NCBI GenBank assembly: GCA_036650515.1
Contig: JAVVZO010000001.1
Coordinates: 39,189-103,188, forward strand
Reading direction: 5' to 3'
Source: Alistipes sp.
GTDB lineage: Bacteria > Bacteroidota > Bacteroidia > Bacteroidales > Rikenellaceae
DNA: 64,000 bases
How positions within the stretch are numbered: position 1 is the stretch's first letter; each line of letters starts with the position of its first letter. Of this stretch, positions 32,968 through 42,783 are shown one piece after another. The notes beneath the pieces are model-generated. The model saw nothing but the letters and a program-made list of their open reading frames with translations, had not been told where the DNA came from and ran no database searches. A program made the translations under genes and the position numbers.

Positions 32968-33378
32968 ATGGGTGCAAGAAAATCAATAAGAGCCGAGAAA
33001 TTAAAGGCCGAAAAGAAGCAGAAAGCAATAGCTATTATGCGTGACTGCCCTACCTCTCCCCGTAAGATGCGTCTGGTTGCAGACATCATCCGTGGTGTAG
33101 AGATTAATAAGGCATTGGGCATCCTTCGCTTTTCAAAGAAGGAGGCGTCTATTCGAGTAGAAAAATTGCTGAAGTCAGCGATTGCTAACTGGGAAGCTAA
33201 AAACGAGAACGAGCGTCTCGAAGATACCAAACTTTGTGTGAAGGAGATCTTCGTAGATTGTGGTCGTATGTTGAAGCGTATCCAGCCAGCTCCTCAAGGA
33301 CGCGCACATCGTATCCGCAAGCGTTCGAATCACGTGACGATTGTAGTTGATAAAATGGTAATTGTAGAAAACAAGTAA
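32968..33378 (+). CDS. rplV: 50S ribosomal protein L22
   Basis: [10 protein letters not shown] and KRSNHVTI motifs. Confidence 0.99.
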   Translation: MGARKSIRAEKLKAEKKQKAIAIMRDCPTSPRKMRLVADIIRGVEINKALGILRFSKKEASIRVEKLLKSAIANWEAKNENERLEDTKLCVKEIFVDCGRMLKRIQPAPQGRAHRIRKRSNHVTIVVDKMVIVENK

Positions 33379-33380
33379 TC

Positions 33381-34133
33381 ATGGGACAGAAAGTTAATCC
33401 AATAGCAAATCGTCTTGGTATCATCCGCGGTTGGGATTCCAACTGGTTCGGTGGTAAGGATTTCTCCGAGAAACTGGTAGAAGATGCCAAGATCCGTAAG
33501 TACTTGAACGTCCGTTTGACAAAAGCAAGTATTTCTAAAATTATCATTGAGCGCACACTGAAGTTGGTGACCGTTACTATTGCCTCCGCTCGTCCGGGTA
33601 TCATTATCGGTAAGGGTGGTCAGGAAGTAGACAAGCTCAAGGAAGAGCTCAAGAAGCTCACCTCCAAAGAGGTGCAGATCAATATTTTCGAGGTAAAACG
33701 CCCGGAAGTAGATGCTGTGATCGTTGGCCAGAACATCGCCCGTCAGTTGGAGGGTCGTGTATCGTTCCGTCGCGCGGTGAAGATGTCAATCGCTTCCACC
33801 ATGCGAATGGGCGCTGAGGGTATCAAAGTTCAGGTGTCGGGTCGTGTCGGTGGAGCCGAGATGGCACGTAGTGAAACGATGAAAGAAGGACGCATTCCTT
33901 TGCACACATTCCGTGCAGATGTAGATTACAGCTTGACCGAAGCACTCACCAAAGTGGGTATCTTAGGTGTTAAGGTGTGGATCTGTCAAGGTACGGTTTA
34001 TGGCAAGCGTGATCTGTTTGAGATAGCAGGTGCCTCGGCGGCGTCACATGCCGGTGGCGAACGCCCCTCACAGGATCGCAGAGGTCCTAAGAATGGTGCT
34101 CCTCACAAGCGTCGTAATAATAACAGTAAGTAG
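33381..34133 (+). CDS. rpsC: 30S ribosomal protein S3
   Basis: MGQKVNP and [14 protein letters not shown] motifs. Confidence 0.99.
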   Translation: MGQKVNPIANRLGIIRGWDSNWFGGKDFSEKLVEDAKIRKYLNVRLTKASISKIIIERTLKLVTVTIASARPGIIIGKGGQEVDKLKEELKKLTSKEVQINIFEVKRPEVDAVIVGQNIARQLEGRVSFRRAVKMSIASTMRMGAEGIKVQVSGRVGGAEMARSETMKEGRIPLHTFRADVDYSLTEALTKVGILGVKVWICQGTVYGKRDLFEIAGASAASHAGGERPSQDRRGPKNGAPHKRRNNNSK

Positions 34134-34158
34134 GACCTTTTTAAAGCGATAAACGACT

Positions 34159-34587
34159 ATGTTACAGCCAAAAAAGACCAAGTTTAGAAGAATGCAGAAA
34201 GGGCGGATGAAAGGGATTGCTCAAAGGGGTAATCAACTTGCATTCGGTTCGTTCGGCATTAAGGCACTCGAATCCACCTGGATTACAGGTCGGCAGATCG
34301 AGGCAGCCCGTCAGGCCATCACGCGTTATATGAAACGTGAGGGACAAATATGGATTCGTATCTTCCCCGATAAACCGATCACCAAGAAACCTGCAGAGGT
34401 TCGTATGGGTAAAGGTAAGGGTAACCCGGAAGGCTTTGTATCGCCTGTTACGCCCGGACGTATTCTCTTCGAAGCAGAAGGTGTACCTTTAGCGATTGCC
34501 CAGGAGGCACTCCGTTTAGGTGCGCAGAAACTGCCTATCACCACCAAGTTTATAGTAAGACGTGATTACGTTGAATCATCAATCTAA
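34159..34587 (+). CDS. rplP: 50S ribosomal protein L16
   Basis: [10 protein letters not shown] and EVRMGKGKG motifs. Confidence 0.99.
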   Translation: MLQPKKTKFRRMQKGRMKGIAQRGNQLAFGSFGIKALESTWITGRQIEAARQAITRYMKREGQIWIRIFPDKPITKKPAEVRMGKGKGNPEGFVSPVTPGRILFEAEGVPLAIAQEALRLGAQKLPITTKFIVRRDYVESSI

Positions 34588-34598
34588 GAGTAGGAACT

Positions 34599-34793
34599 AT
34601 GAAAAGTGCTGAAATAAAGGATCTCCCGATTAAGGACTTACAGGAGCGCATCGAGGCCGATAAGGCACAGCTGTCCAAGCTGAAGGTGCAGCACGCAGTA
34701 TCTCCGATTGAGAATCCTTCTGTAATTAAAAAATCCCGCAGAGATATTGCGCGTATGTTGACAATTCTGCGTCAAAAGAACCCTAAATATTAA
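34599..34793 (+). CDS. rpmC: 50S ribosomal protein L29
   Basis: [15 protein letters not shown] motif; operon position. Confidence 0.97.
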   Translation: MKSAEIKDLPIKDLQERIEADKAQLSKLKVQHAVSPIENPSVIKKSRRDIARMLTILRQKNPKY

Positions 34794-34800
34794 GACCACT

Positions 34801-35055
34801 ATGGAAAGAAATGTTAGAAAAGAGCGGGTCGGGGTCGTTGTCAGCAACAAAATGGAAAAGACCATTGTGGTTGCCGTTGGACGAAAGGTCAAACACCCGA
34901 TCTACGGTAAGTTTGTGAAGAAGACGACGAAATTCGTTGCCGAGAGTTTGGATGCAACTTGCAAGGAAGGTGATACCGTTCGCATTATGGAAACTCGCCC
35001 TTTGAGCAAAACCAAGCGTTGGAGATTAGTACAAATTATTGAAAGAGCGAAGTAA
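34801..35055 (+). CDS. rpsQ: 30S ribosomal protein S17
   Basis: [11 protein letters not shown] and [11 protein letters not shown] motifs. Confidence 0.99.
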   Translation: MERNVRKERVGVVVSNKMEKTIVVAVGRKVKHPIYGKFVKKTTKFVAESLDATCKEGDTVRIMETRPLSKTKRWRLVQIIERAK

Positions 35056-35057
35056 TT

Positions 35058-35423
35058 ATGATACAACAAGAAAGCAGACTCACAGTGGCTGACAACAGCG
35101 GTGCAAAGGAAGTTCTTTGTATCCGTGTGCTTGGCGGAACGAAGCGTCGCTATGCATCTATTGGCGACAAAATCGTAGTGGCTGTCAAGAGTGCGACCCC
35201 TTCTGGCGAAGTCAAGAAGGGCTCCGTATCGAAGGCGGTCGTAGTTAGAACAACAAAAGAAATTCGGCGAGCTAATGGTTCATACATTCGTTTTGATGAC
35301 AATGCCGTCGTACTTCTTAACAACCAGGGCGAAATCCGTGGTACTCGTATCTTTGGTCCAGTAGCTCGTGAGTTACGTGACCAATATATGAAGATCATCT
35401 CTCTCGCACCTGAAGTATTGTAA
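35058..35423 (+). CDS. rplN: 50S ribosomal protein L14
   Basis: ADNSGAKE and [12 protein letters not shown] motifs. Confidence 0.99.
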   Translation: MIQQESRLTVADNSGAKEVLCIRVLGGTKRRYASIGDKIVVAVKSATPSGEVKKGSVSKAVVVRTTKEIRRANGSYIRFDDNAVVLLNNQGEIRGTRIFGPVARELRDQYMKIISLAPEVL

Positions 35424-35444
35424 ATTAAAAACACACATTCGGAT

Positions 35445-35768
35445 ATGTCAGTCAAGTTACATATTAAGAAAGGGGACATGGTTTACGTCAACGCCGGTGA
35501 TAGCCGAGGCCAACAGGGCAAAATCCTGAAGGTCGATGCTGAGAAGCAGCGTGCCATTGTCGAGGGTGTTAACCTTTGCAAGAAGGCTACAAAGCCCAAT
35601 GCAAAGAATCCTCAAGGTGGTATCGTTGAGCAAGAGGCTTCGATCCACGTCTCGAATTTGCAGGTACTCGATCCCAAGAGCGGCAAGCCTACCCGTGTAG
35701 GACGCAAAGCCGATGCAAAAGGTAAATTAGTTCGTTTCGCTAAAAAGTCAGGGGAGGAGATTAAATAA
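35445..35768 (+). CDS. rplX: 50S ribosomal protein L24
   Basis: HIKKGD KOW motif and EASIHVSN. Confidence 0.98.
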   Translation: MSVKLHIKKGDMVYVNAGDSRGQQGKILKVDAEKQRAIVEGVNLCKKATKPNAKNPQGGIVEQEASIHVSNLQVLDPKSGKPTRVGRKADAKGKLVRFAKKSGEEIK

Positions 35769-36328
35769 TGGCTTACACACCTACACTCAAGACACAGTAT
35801 AAGGAGCAGATTGTTACTGCCCTTATGAAAGAGTTCGGTTACACGAGCGTGATGCAGTGCCCGAAACTCGAGAAGATCGTCATCAACCAAGGTATGGGAC
35901 AAGCTGTCGCAGACAAGAAGTTGATCGAGGTTGCTCAAGCTGAATTGGCTCAGATTACAGGTCAAAAAGCTGTTCTCACCAAGTCGAGAAAGGATATCTC
36001 TAACTTCAAACTCCGTAAAGGTATGCCGATCGGGGTACGCGTTACACTGCGCCAAACCAAGATGTATGAGTTTTTGGAGCGTTTAGTCGCTGTTGCCCTT
36101 CCGCGTATTCGCGATTTTAAGGGGATCAATGAGAAGTTTGATGGTCAAGGTAACTATACCTTGGGTATCACCGAGCAGATCATCTTCCCTGAAATCGACA
36201 TCGACAAGATCACCAAGATCTTTGGTATGGAGATTACTTTCGTTACCACGGCCGCTACCGATGAAGAGGCTTATGCTCTTCTTTGCGCATTCGGTCTTCC
36301 TTTCAAAAACGCAAAAAAGAACCAATAA
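35768..36328 (+). CDS. rplE: 50S ribosomal protein L5
   Basis: [10 protein letters not shown] and LPRIRDFKG motifs. Confidence 0.99.
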   Translation: MAYTPTLKTQYKEQIVTALMKEFGYTSVMQCPKLEKIVINQGMGQAVADKKLIEVAQAELAQITGQKAVLTKSRKDISNFKLRKGMPIGVRVTLRQTKMYEFLERLVAVALPRIRDFKGINEKFDGQGNYTLGITEQIIFPEIDIDKITKIFGMEITFVTTAATDEEAYALLCAFGLPFKNAKKNQ

Positions 36329-36331
36329 GCT

Positions 36332-36628
36332 ATGGCAAAAGAGTCAATGAAGGCACGCGAAGTGAAGCGTGTAAAGCTTGCAAACCGTTACGCACACAAG
36401 CGTGAGGAGATTGCTGCTAAGTTGAAAGGTGGAGAAATTGATCACGAGGAGGCTTGGGTTGCATTATCTAAGTTACCCCGTAATTCCAATCCCATCCGTC
36501 AGCACAATCGCTGCAAGCTGACCGGTCGTCCGAAAGGATATATTCGCCTGTTCGGAGTCAGTCGTATTCAGTTCCGTGAGATGGCGTCGAATGGCCTCAT
36601 CCCCGGCGTGACGAAGGCAAGCTGGTAG
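36332..36628 (+). CDS. rpsN: 30S ribosomal protein S14 (zinc-independent form)
   Basis: [11 protein letters not shown] and IPGVTKASW motifs; no CxxC pairs. Confidence 0.98.
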   Translation: MAKESMKAREVKRVKLANRYAHKREEIAAKLKGGEIDHEEAWVALSKLPRNSNPIRQHNRCKLTGRPKGYIRLFGVSRIQFREMASNGLIPGVTKASW

Positions 36629-37002
36629 TACAACGCGAGGAGCAATCTTCGCTTGTGATAAGTAAGATACGCATTCTGGAGGGTGTAAGCCCGTGGAGTT
36701 GAGCCATAAATGGCAGACACTCGAAAAGGAATCGGATCTGATAAGGGTGTAAAACCGAAGTACAATAGTCTTTAAGTCGAGGAAAGTGCCGCCCGAAGGC
36801 GGTAACTTCTCGACGGAGGGACATTCGAAAGGTTTTTCATTTAGTTACAAAGTTTCCTTCACGGGAAGCCGGTTTAAAGCGTATCCGACAGCATTATTTC
36901 GCTGTTTAAGAAGGATGTAGGTGCGAATTTAACCAGCATTTGTACGAATCATGTTAGCCAGAAATGTTGTGCTAACATTGTTCGTATAGTTGGGTTGACA
37001 TC
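36629..37002 (+). ncRNA. Candidate large structured RNA of unknown family
   Basis: Non-coding stretch with about 10 helices found by eye, GNRA tetraloops (GCAA, GUAA, GAAA twice), a 7-bp long-range helix (36666-36672 with 36879-36885) and a ~90-nt rod hairpin. Confidence 0.6.
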
Positions 37003-37052
37003 TAAATCGCTAAAAATTAAGGTGATCCTGTGATATATTGGGAAATTATGCG

Positions 37053-37060
37053 TATATTTG
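37053..37060 (+). promoter_or_regulatory. Internal -7 promoter element upstream of rpsH
   Basis: TATATTTG followed by C, about 150 nt upstream of the rpsH ATG. Confidence 0.55.
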
Positions 37061-37211
37061 CCCGCTTTATATCTTGTATAACCGCGCATTGCGGTCACGA
37101 AGAGGGGCATATTCGACCATACAAATGGAGTCTAAGAGGATCTATTGTATTGAAGGATAAACAAATAGAAAAACAACAAACTAATTATTAATTTTTAACT
37201 TTTAATTCATT

Positions 37212-37610
37212 ATGACAGATCCAATCGCGGATTTTCTAACCAGAATTAGAAACGCAGTGAAAGCCAACCATAAAGTGGTTGAAGCTCCTGGCTCAAAAAT
37301 TAAGCAGGAAATCACCAAGATTCTTTACGAGCAGGGTTATATCCTGGCGTACAAATTTGACACCGACGAGAAAGGCCATCCGGTTATTAAGCTCGCCTTG
37401 AAGTGGGATGCCGCAACGAAGGGTAACGCCATCAGAAACCTGAAGCGCGTGAGCCGTCCGGGTTTGCGTCAGTATGTCCCCGCAACCAATATGCCGCGTG
37501 TTTTGAACGGTCTTGGTATTGCCATCATTTCCACCTCGAAGGGTATTATGACAGACGCCAAAGCTCGTCGTGAGAATGTCGGTGGAGAGGTACTTTGCTA
37601 TATCTACTAA
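37212..37610 (+). CDS. rpsH: 30S ribosomal protein S8
   Basis: MTDPIADFLTRIRN, SRPGLR and GGEVLCYI motifs. Confidence 0.99.
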   Translation: MTDPIADFLTRIRNAVKANHKVVEAPGSKIKQEITKILYEQGYILAYKFDTDEKGHPVIKLALKWDAATKGNAIRNLKRVSRPGLRQYVPATNMPRVLNGLGIAIISTSKGIMTDAKARRENVGGEVLCYIY

Positions 37611-37634
37611 TCTAATAATCAAAACTATAACACA

Positions 37635-38222
37635 ATGTCAAGAATTGGTAAATTACCTGTAAACATACCTACTGGAGTGACCGTTACGGTCGATGCTGGA
37701 AATGTGGTATGCGTGAAAGGGCCTCTTGGGACACTGAGTCAGAAGATTGACTCGGACATCAAGATAGAAGTCGGTACACACACGGATGTTCACACCAACA
37801 AGGAGACTCCCGCTGTTTTGGTATCGCGTCCGACCAATCAACCCCGCCACCGCTCTCTGCACGGTCTTTATCGTGCGCTGATCAACAACATGGTTGTCGG
37901 TGTGTCGAAAGGCTATGAAATCAAACAAGAACTTGTCGGCGTTGGTTTCAAAGCTGAGGTCAAAAACAATGTCCTTGAAATGAGCTTGGGTTATTCCCAC
38001 GATACGTTCCTGATGCTCCCCGCCGAAGTTACCGCAACCGCTGTAACCGAGAAAAAGGGCAACCCGATCGTCACCCTCAAGAGTATCGATAAGCAACTGA
38101 TCGGTCAGGTCGCTGCAAAGATCCGCTCGTTGCGCAAACCGGAGCCATATAAGGGCAAGGGTATCAAGTTTGTAGGTGAGGTCCTGCGTCGTAAGGCAGG
38201 CAAGTCTGCAAGTGCTAAATAG
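37635..38222 (+). CDS. rplF: 50S ribosomal protein L6
   Basis: MSRIGKLP and PEPYKGKGI motifs. Confidence 0.99.
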   Translation: MSRIGKLPVNIPTGVTVTVDAGNVVCVKGPLGTLSQKIDSDIKIEVGTHTDVHTNKETPAVLVSRPTNQPRHRSLHGLYRALINNMVVGVSKGYEIKQELVGVGFKAEVKNNVLEMSLGYSHDTFLMLPAEVTATAVTEKKGNPIVTLKSIDKQLIGQVAAKIRSLRKPEPYKGKGIKFVGEVLRRKAGKSASAK

Positions 38223-38240
38223 TAAATAACACGTCAAGTT

Positions 38241-38603
38241 ATGTCATTGAATAGAATAGAAAGAAGAGAGAGGATTAAGATGCGTATCCGCAAGATCGTG
38301 AGCGGAACGGCAGCACAACCTCGTATGACTGTATTCCGTAGTAGCAAACAGATCTACGTGCAGTTTATTGATGACCTTGCAGGTGTTACCCTGGCCACCG
38401 CATCCTCATTGGATAAGGAGGTTGCAGAAGTAGCAGCCGGTAAGAACAAGAGTGAAGTGGCAGCCTTAGTTGGCAAACTCGCCGCTGAACGCGCTTTAGC
38501 GAAAGGGCTCACCACGGTGGCGCTCGATCGTAATGGTTACCTCTATCACGGAAGAGTAAAAATGTTAGCAGACGCCGCTCGTGAAGGCGGTCTAAAATTC
38601 TAA
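38241..38603 (+). CDS. rplR: 50S ribosomal protein L18
   Basis: PRMTVFRS and [17 protein letters not shown] motifs. Confidence 0.99.
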   Translation: MSLNRIERRERIKMRIRKIVSGTAAQPRMTVFRSSKQIYVQFIDDLAGVTLATASSLDKEVAEVAAGKNKSEVAALVGKLAAERALAKGLTTVALDRNGYLYHGRVKMLADAAREGGLKF

Positions 38604-38609
38604 GCGATT

Positions 38610-39128
38610 ATGGCAAATACGAACATAAAGAAAGTACGCACAAGCGATCTCGAGCTTAAGGATAGACTCGTAAGCATTCAGCGTGTTACCAAAGTAACAA
38701 AGGGAGGTCGTACCTTCAGCTTCTCCGCCATCGTCGTTGTTGGTAATGAGAATGGGATTGTAGGTTACGGCCTGGGTAAAGCCTCGGAAGTACAGGCTGC
38801 AATAGCCAAAGGGGTTGAAGATGCCAAGAAAAATTTGGTAAAAGTTCCGATCATCAACGGTACGATTCCTCACAAGCAGGAGACTCGTTATGACGGTGCT
38901 GTTGTGATGATTCGTCCAGCATCTCCTGGTACAGGTGTTATCGCCGGTGGTGCGATGCGTGCCGTGTTGGAGTCAGTGGGAATCAAGAACGTGCTTGCCA
39001 AGAGCAAGGGTTCATCGAATCCTCATAACTTGGTAAAGGCAACCATCAATGCACTCTGCGAGTTGCGCGATGCTTATAGTGTAGCACAGCTCCGTGGAAT
39101 TTCTATGGATCAGGTATTTAACGGTTAA
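38610..39128 (+). CDS. rpsE: 30S ribosomal protein S5
   Basis: [10 protein letters not shown] and GTGVIAGG motifs. Confidence 0.99.
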   Translation: MANTNIKKVRTSDLELKDRLVSIQRVTKVTKGGRTFSFSAIVVVGNENGIVGYGLGKASEVQAAIAKGVEDAKKNLVKVPIINGTIPHKQETRYDGAVVMIRPASPGTGVIAGGAMRAVLESVGIKNVLAKSKGSSNPHNLVKATINALCELRDAYSVAQLRGISMDQVFNG

Positions 39129-39139
39129 TGTGCGAGACA

Positions 39140-39322
39140 ATGGCAAGATTAAAGATTACACAATTTAAAAGTCGCATCGGTGCTACGGCACAGCAGCGCA
39201 AGAACCTTGACGCACTTGGTCTGAAAAAGATTAATGCAAGCGTTGAGCACGATGACTCCGCCATCATCAAAGGTATGGTTGAGCGCGTGAAGCACCTCGT
39301 GAAAGTAGAAGAGGTGAAATAG
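39140..39322 (+). CDS. rpmD: 50S ribosomal protein L30
   Basis: KITQFKSRIG...LDALGLKKIN pattern. Start MARLK. Confidence 0.97.
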   Translation: MARLKITQFKSRIGATAQQRKNLDALGLKKINASVEHDDSAIIKGMVERVKHLVKVEEVK

Positions 39323-39350
39323 GTTGAATACTTAAAGACACTAAGTAACT

Positions 39351-39797
39351 ATGGAACTCAATAATTTAAAACCTGCAAAAGGTTCAACTCACCACGATAA
39401 GCGTATTGGTCGCGGTGCAGGATCAGGTCACGGCGGCTATGCAACTCGTGGTAACAAGGGTGCACAATCCCGTTCGGGCTATTCGCGCAAATTAGGTTTC
39501 GAGGGAGGTCAGATGCCGTTACAGCGTCGTCTGCCGAAATTCGGATTCACTAACTTGAAGCGTATCGAATTTAAGCCAATCAATCTCTCCACGCTTGAAG
39601 ATCTGGCTGCAAAACGGTCACTCACCGAAATCAACATGGACACGCTTGTTGAAGCGGGCTTCGTTTCATTGAAAGATCGTGTGAAAATTTTAGGTAATGG
39701 AGCGGTAACCAAGGCTCTAACTGTGAAAGTTCATGCTTTCTCCAAGAGCGCAGAAGCAGCCATTACGGCCGCCGGCGGTAGCGTGGAAAAGTTGTAA
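39351..39797 (+). CDS. rplO: 50S ribosomal protein L15
   Basis: GRGAGSGHG and FEGGQMPL motifs. Confidence 0.99.
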   Translation: MELNNLKPAKGSTHHDKRIGRGAGSGHGGYATRGNKGAQSRSGYSRKLGFEGGQMPLQRRLPKFGFTNLKRIEFKPINLSTLEDLAAKRSLTEINMDTLVEAGFVSLKDRVKILGNGAVTKALTVKVHAFSKSAEAAITAAGGSVEKL

Positions 39798-39818
39798 TAA
39801 CAGACAAATCCGAGAATT

Positions 39819-41198
39819 ATGAAAGGTTATCTCGTTGTTGGTATCGTCATTTTAGCAGTCATTGCTATTTTGGCGACTAACAAAAAACTCGTGGAAACCC
39901 TCAAGAACATATATAAGATTGAGGAGCTTCGTAAGCGTATTCTTTATACGCTTGGGCTTCTCCTTATATATCGCTTGGGTAGTTTTGTGGTGCTCCCGGG
40001 TATCAATCCGAATGCTTTGGCTGGTCTTACCAGCCAGTTGGAGGATCCTCAGAATGGCCTGTTAGGTCTTCTGAATGTCTTCTCTGGAGGTGCTTTTGGT
40101 AATGCCTCCATCTTTGCATTGGGTGTGATGCCTTATATTACCGCTTCGATCATCATTCAGTTGGCAGGAATTATGATTCCGGCCTTCCAGAAGATGCAAA
40201 AGGAGGGTGAAAGTGGCCGTCGCAAGATGAACCAGTGGACGCGTTTCCTGACCATTGCTGTGCTGTTGGTTCAGGGACCTGCGTATATCGCTAACTTGGC
40301 ACACCAATCCGGTGAGGCTTTTGTTTACGGTAACACATTTATTTTCAGTGCTTATGGCACACTTATTCTGATCGCGGGAACCATGTTTATCATGTGGCTT
40401 GGCGAGAAGATTACAGATAAAGGTATCGGTAACGGTATCTCACTGATCATCATGATCGGTATTGTCGCTCGTCTACCCCACGCTATGTTGGCAGAGTTCA
40501 ACGCGCGGTTTCAGACCTCCGATGGTAGCGCTATTATGCTGATCCTTGAGATGGTGTTGCTCTTCCTTGTCTTTATGGCAACGATCGCCCTTGTACAGGC
40601 CGTTCGTAAAATTCCAGTACAGTATGCAAAGCGTATTGTCGGTAATAAACAGTACGGAGGTGTACGTCAGTACATTCCCCTGAAGATGAATGCTGCGAAT
40701 GTGATGCCTATCATTTTCGCACAGGCGTTGATGTTTATTCCGATGTTGTTTACCACCATCGCCCCCGGTTTCGCAGGTGCATTTGCGACCACCACCGGCT
40801 TTTGGTACAACTTCACGCTTGCAGTGTTGGTAATTGCGTTCACATACTTCTACACCGCAATTATCATCAATCCTCAAATGATGTCTGACGATATGAAGCG
40901 CAACGGTGGCTTTATCCCTGGTGTAAAACCGGGTAAACATACCGTGACCTACATTGACAACATCATGACGCGAATCACTCTTCCCGGTTCTTTCTTCTTG
41001 GCTATTGTGGCTATTTTGCCCGCTTTGGCGATGAAGTTCCTGAACATCCAACAGGCTTTTGCATACTTCTACGGAGGTACGTCGCTGTTGATCATGGTGG
41101 GTGTGATTCTCGATACTCTGAAGCAGATAGAAAGCTATCTTTTAATGCGCCACTACGATGGTCTGATGAAGACCGGACGTATTCAAGGTCGTCATTAG
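39819..41198 (+). CDS. secY: Preprotein translocase subunit SecY, with an extra N-terminal hydrophobic segment
   Basis: SIFALGVMPYITASII, GIGNGISLII and FIPGVKPG motifs. Confidence 0.98.
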   Translation: MKGYLVVGIVILAVIAILATNKKLVETLKNIYKIEELRKRILYTLGLLLIYRLGSFVVLPGINPNALAGLTSQLEDPQNGLLGLLNVFSGGAFGNASIFALGVMPYITASIIIQLAGIMIPAFQKMQKEGESGRRKMNQWTRFLTIAVLLVQGPAYIANLAHQSGEAFVYGNTFIFSAYGTLILIAGTMFIMWLGEKITDKGIGNGISLIIMIGIVARLPHAMLAEFNARFQTSDGSAIMLILEMVLLFLVFMATIALVQAVRKIPVQYAKRIVGNKQYGGVRQYIPLKMNAANVMPIIFAQALMFIPMLFTTIAPGFAGAFATTTGFWYNFTLAVLVIAFTYFYTAIIINPQMMSDDMKRNGGFIPGVKPGKHTVTYIDNIMTRITLPGSFFLAIVAILPALAMKFLNIQQAFAYFYGGTSLLIMVGVILDTLKQIESYLLMRHYDGLMKTGRIQGRH

Positions 41199-41219
41199 AA
41201 TTATTATTAGAGTTTTTCA

Positions 41220-41993
41220 ATGATATACTTAAAAACAGACGAGGAGATCGAGTTACTCCGCGAAAACAACATCCTTGTGAGCAAGACGCTGGCAGAAGTG
41301 GGTTCCCACATCCGTCCGGGTGTTACCACCAAGGAATTGGATACGATTGCCGAGGCTTTTATTCGTGCAAATGGAGCAACTCCTCCCTGTTTGGGTTTTG
41401 AAGGCTATCCCGCTGCAACCTGCATTTCTGTGAACGAACAGGTTGTTCATGGTATCCCTTCCAACTATGTAATAAAGGAGGGCGATATTGTATCGGTCGA
41501 TTTATGTACGTTTCTAAAGGGGTTTGTTGGTGATTCGGCATACACATTTGCCGTTGGTGAGGTTGCTGATGAAGTTAGGCAACTGATGGCCGTCACCAAA
41601 GAAGCTCTTTATAAAGGTACAGCACAAGCAAAGGCTGGAAATCGCGTAGGCGACATTTCAGCGGCTGTGCAAGCGTACGCAGAAAGCTTCGGCTATGGCG
41701 TAGTGCGTGAGTTGGAGGGACATGGATTGGGTCGCAATATGCACGAAGATCCGGGTGTTCCCAACTATGGCGCACGAGGCAGAGGACCACTTCTGAAAGA
41801 GGGAATGGTGATCTGTATCGAACCGATGATTACTATGGGAAACAAAGCGGTAGTATTTGAAAGGGATGGCTGGACAGTTCGGACTCGAGATAGAAAACCG
41901 GCAGCACACTATGAGTATGCTGTGGCGATTCGCAAAGACGGCCCGGATATCCTAACAGATTTTAGTATTATCGAACAAGCATTAAACAAGTAG
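41220..41993 (+). CDS. map: Methionine aminopeptidase type I
   Basis: VVHGIP, DSAYTF, GHGLG, EPMI and HYE motifs. Confidence 0.97.
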   Translation: MIYLKTDEEIELLRENNILVSKTLAEVGSHIRPGVTTKELDTIAEAFIRANGATPPCLGFEGYPAATCISVNEQVVHGIPSNYVIKEGDIVSVDLCTFLKGFVGDSAYTFAVGEVADEVRQLMAVTKEALYKGTAQAKAGNRVGDISAAVQAYAESFGYGVVRELEGHGLGRNMHEDPGVPNYGARGRGPLLKEGMVICIEPMITMGNKAVVFERDGWTVRTRDRKPAAHYEYAVAIRKDGPDILTDFSIIEQALNK

Positions 41994-42000
41994 AAACTCT

Positions 42001-42219
42001 ATGGCAAAACAAACTGCTATCGAAAGAGACGGAACAATCATCGAGGCGTTGTCGAATGCGATGTTTCGCGTTGAATTAGACAATGGCCACGTGATTACGG
42101 CTCATATTTCCGGAAAGATGCGTATGCACTACATCAAGATCCTTCCCGGGGATAAAGTAAAAGTGGAGATGACGCCTTACGATTTAAGTAAGGGACGCAT
42201 ATCCTTTAGGTACAAATAA
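42001..42219 (+). CDS. infA: Translation initiation factor IF-1
   Basis: AHISGKMR and PYDLSKGRI motifs. Confidence 0.99.
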   Translation: MAKQTAIERDGTIIEALSNAMFRVELDNGHVITAHISGKMRMHYIKILPGDKVKVEMTPYDLSKGRISFRYK

Positions 42220-42239
42220 CATTAGATTGCTTGAAAATT

Positions 42240-42356
42240 ATGAAAGTTAGAGCATCAATCAAAAAGAGAAGTGAGGATTGCAAGATTGTAAAGCGTAAAG
42301 GCAAACTTTATGTGATCTGCAAAAAGACTCCTAAGTTTAAAATGCGCCAGGGGTAA
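42240..42356 (+). CDS. rpmJ: 50S ribosomal protein L36 (below the ORF-track size cut-off)
   Basis: Translated by hand: [38 protein letters not shown]. Confidence 0.97.
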   Translation: MKVRASIKKRSEDCKIVKRKGKLYVICKKTPKFKMRQG

Positions 42357-42390
42357 CATTTAAACAGTTAATTAAAGAAAGAAAAAATTT

Positions 42391-42771
42391 ATGGCACGAA
42401 TAGTCGGTGTAGATTTACCAAAAAACAAGAGAGGCGAGATCGGGTTGACCTATATTTATGGTATCGGTCGTAGCACCTCTCGCAAGATCCTCGAGGAGAC
42501 AGGCATTAGCTATGACCTCAAAGTGGATGAGTGGACTGACGATCAGATAGGTGCAATTCGTTCGAAGATTGCTGATCTGGGCATCAAGGTCGAAGGCGAA
42601 TGCCGTTCGTTGGTTCAGTTGAATATTAAGCGTCTGATGGATATTGGCTGCTATCGCGGTATCCGTCACCGTCTTGGACTTCCTGTCCGTGGACAGGGTA
42701 CGAAGAATAATGCTCGTACACGCAAGGGTCGCAAGAAAACAGTCGCAAACAAGAAAAAGGCAACTAAGTAA
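42391..42771 (+). CDS. rpsM: 30S ribosomal protein S13
   Basis: [10 protein letters not shown] and [15 protein letters not shown] motifs. Confidence 0.99.
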   Translation: MARIVGVDLPKNKRGEIGLTYIYGIGRSTSRKILEETGISYDLKVDEWTDDQIGAIRSKIADLGIKVEGECRSLVQLNIKRLMDIGCYRGIRHRLGLPVRGQGTKNNARTRKGRKKTVANKKKATK

Positions 42772-42783
42772 TAGGAGAGAGTT

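Noticed and set aside
36332-36628. Zinc-free S14 and L36, long S14/L6 loops, S3 and L17 C-terminal tails
   Set aside because: These are ordinary Bacteroidota features.
36776-36803. RNase P RNA (gaggaaagtgcc resembles GAGGAAAGUCC and CR-II)
   Set aside because: The motif is paired inside a local hairpin, there is no downstream P4 partner (ACAgAAcCCGGCUUA-like), and the helix order is wrong.
36666-36885. Canonical group I or group II intron in the rpsN-rpsH gap
   Set aside because: The P3-like partner lies too far downstream, the putative G-binding pair is not G-C, J4/5 adenines are absent, and I found no group II domain V. Only a vague resemblance remains.
36860-36890. Cobalamin or FMN riboswitch, or twister ribozyme, in the same gap
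   Set aside because: Only short partial matches (gggaagccggt; ggtgtaagccc). The other conserved elements are missing.
42772-42783. SD-like AGGAG before rpsK, rplB and rplE
   Set aside because: Few cases with inconsistent spacing, so I cannot separate them from chance without genome-wide statistics.
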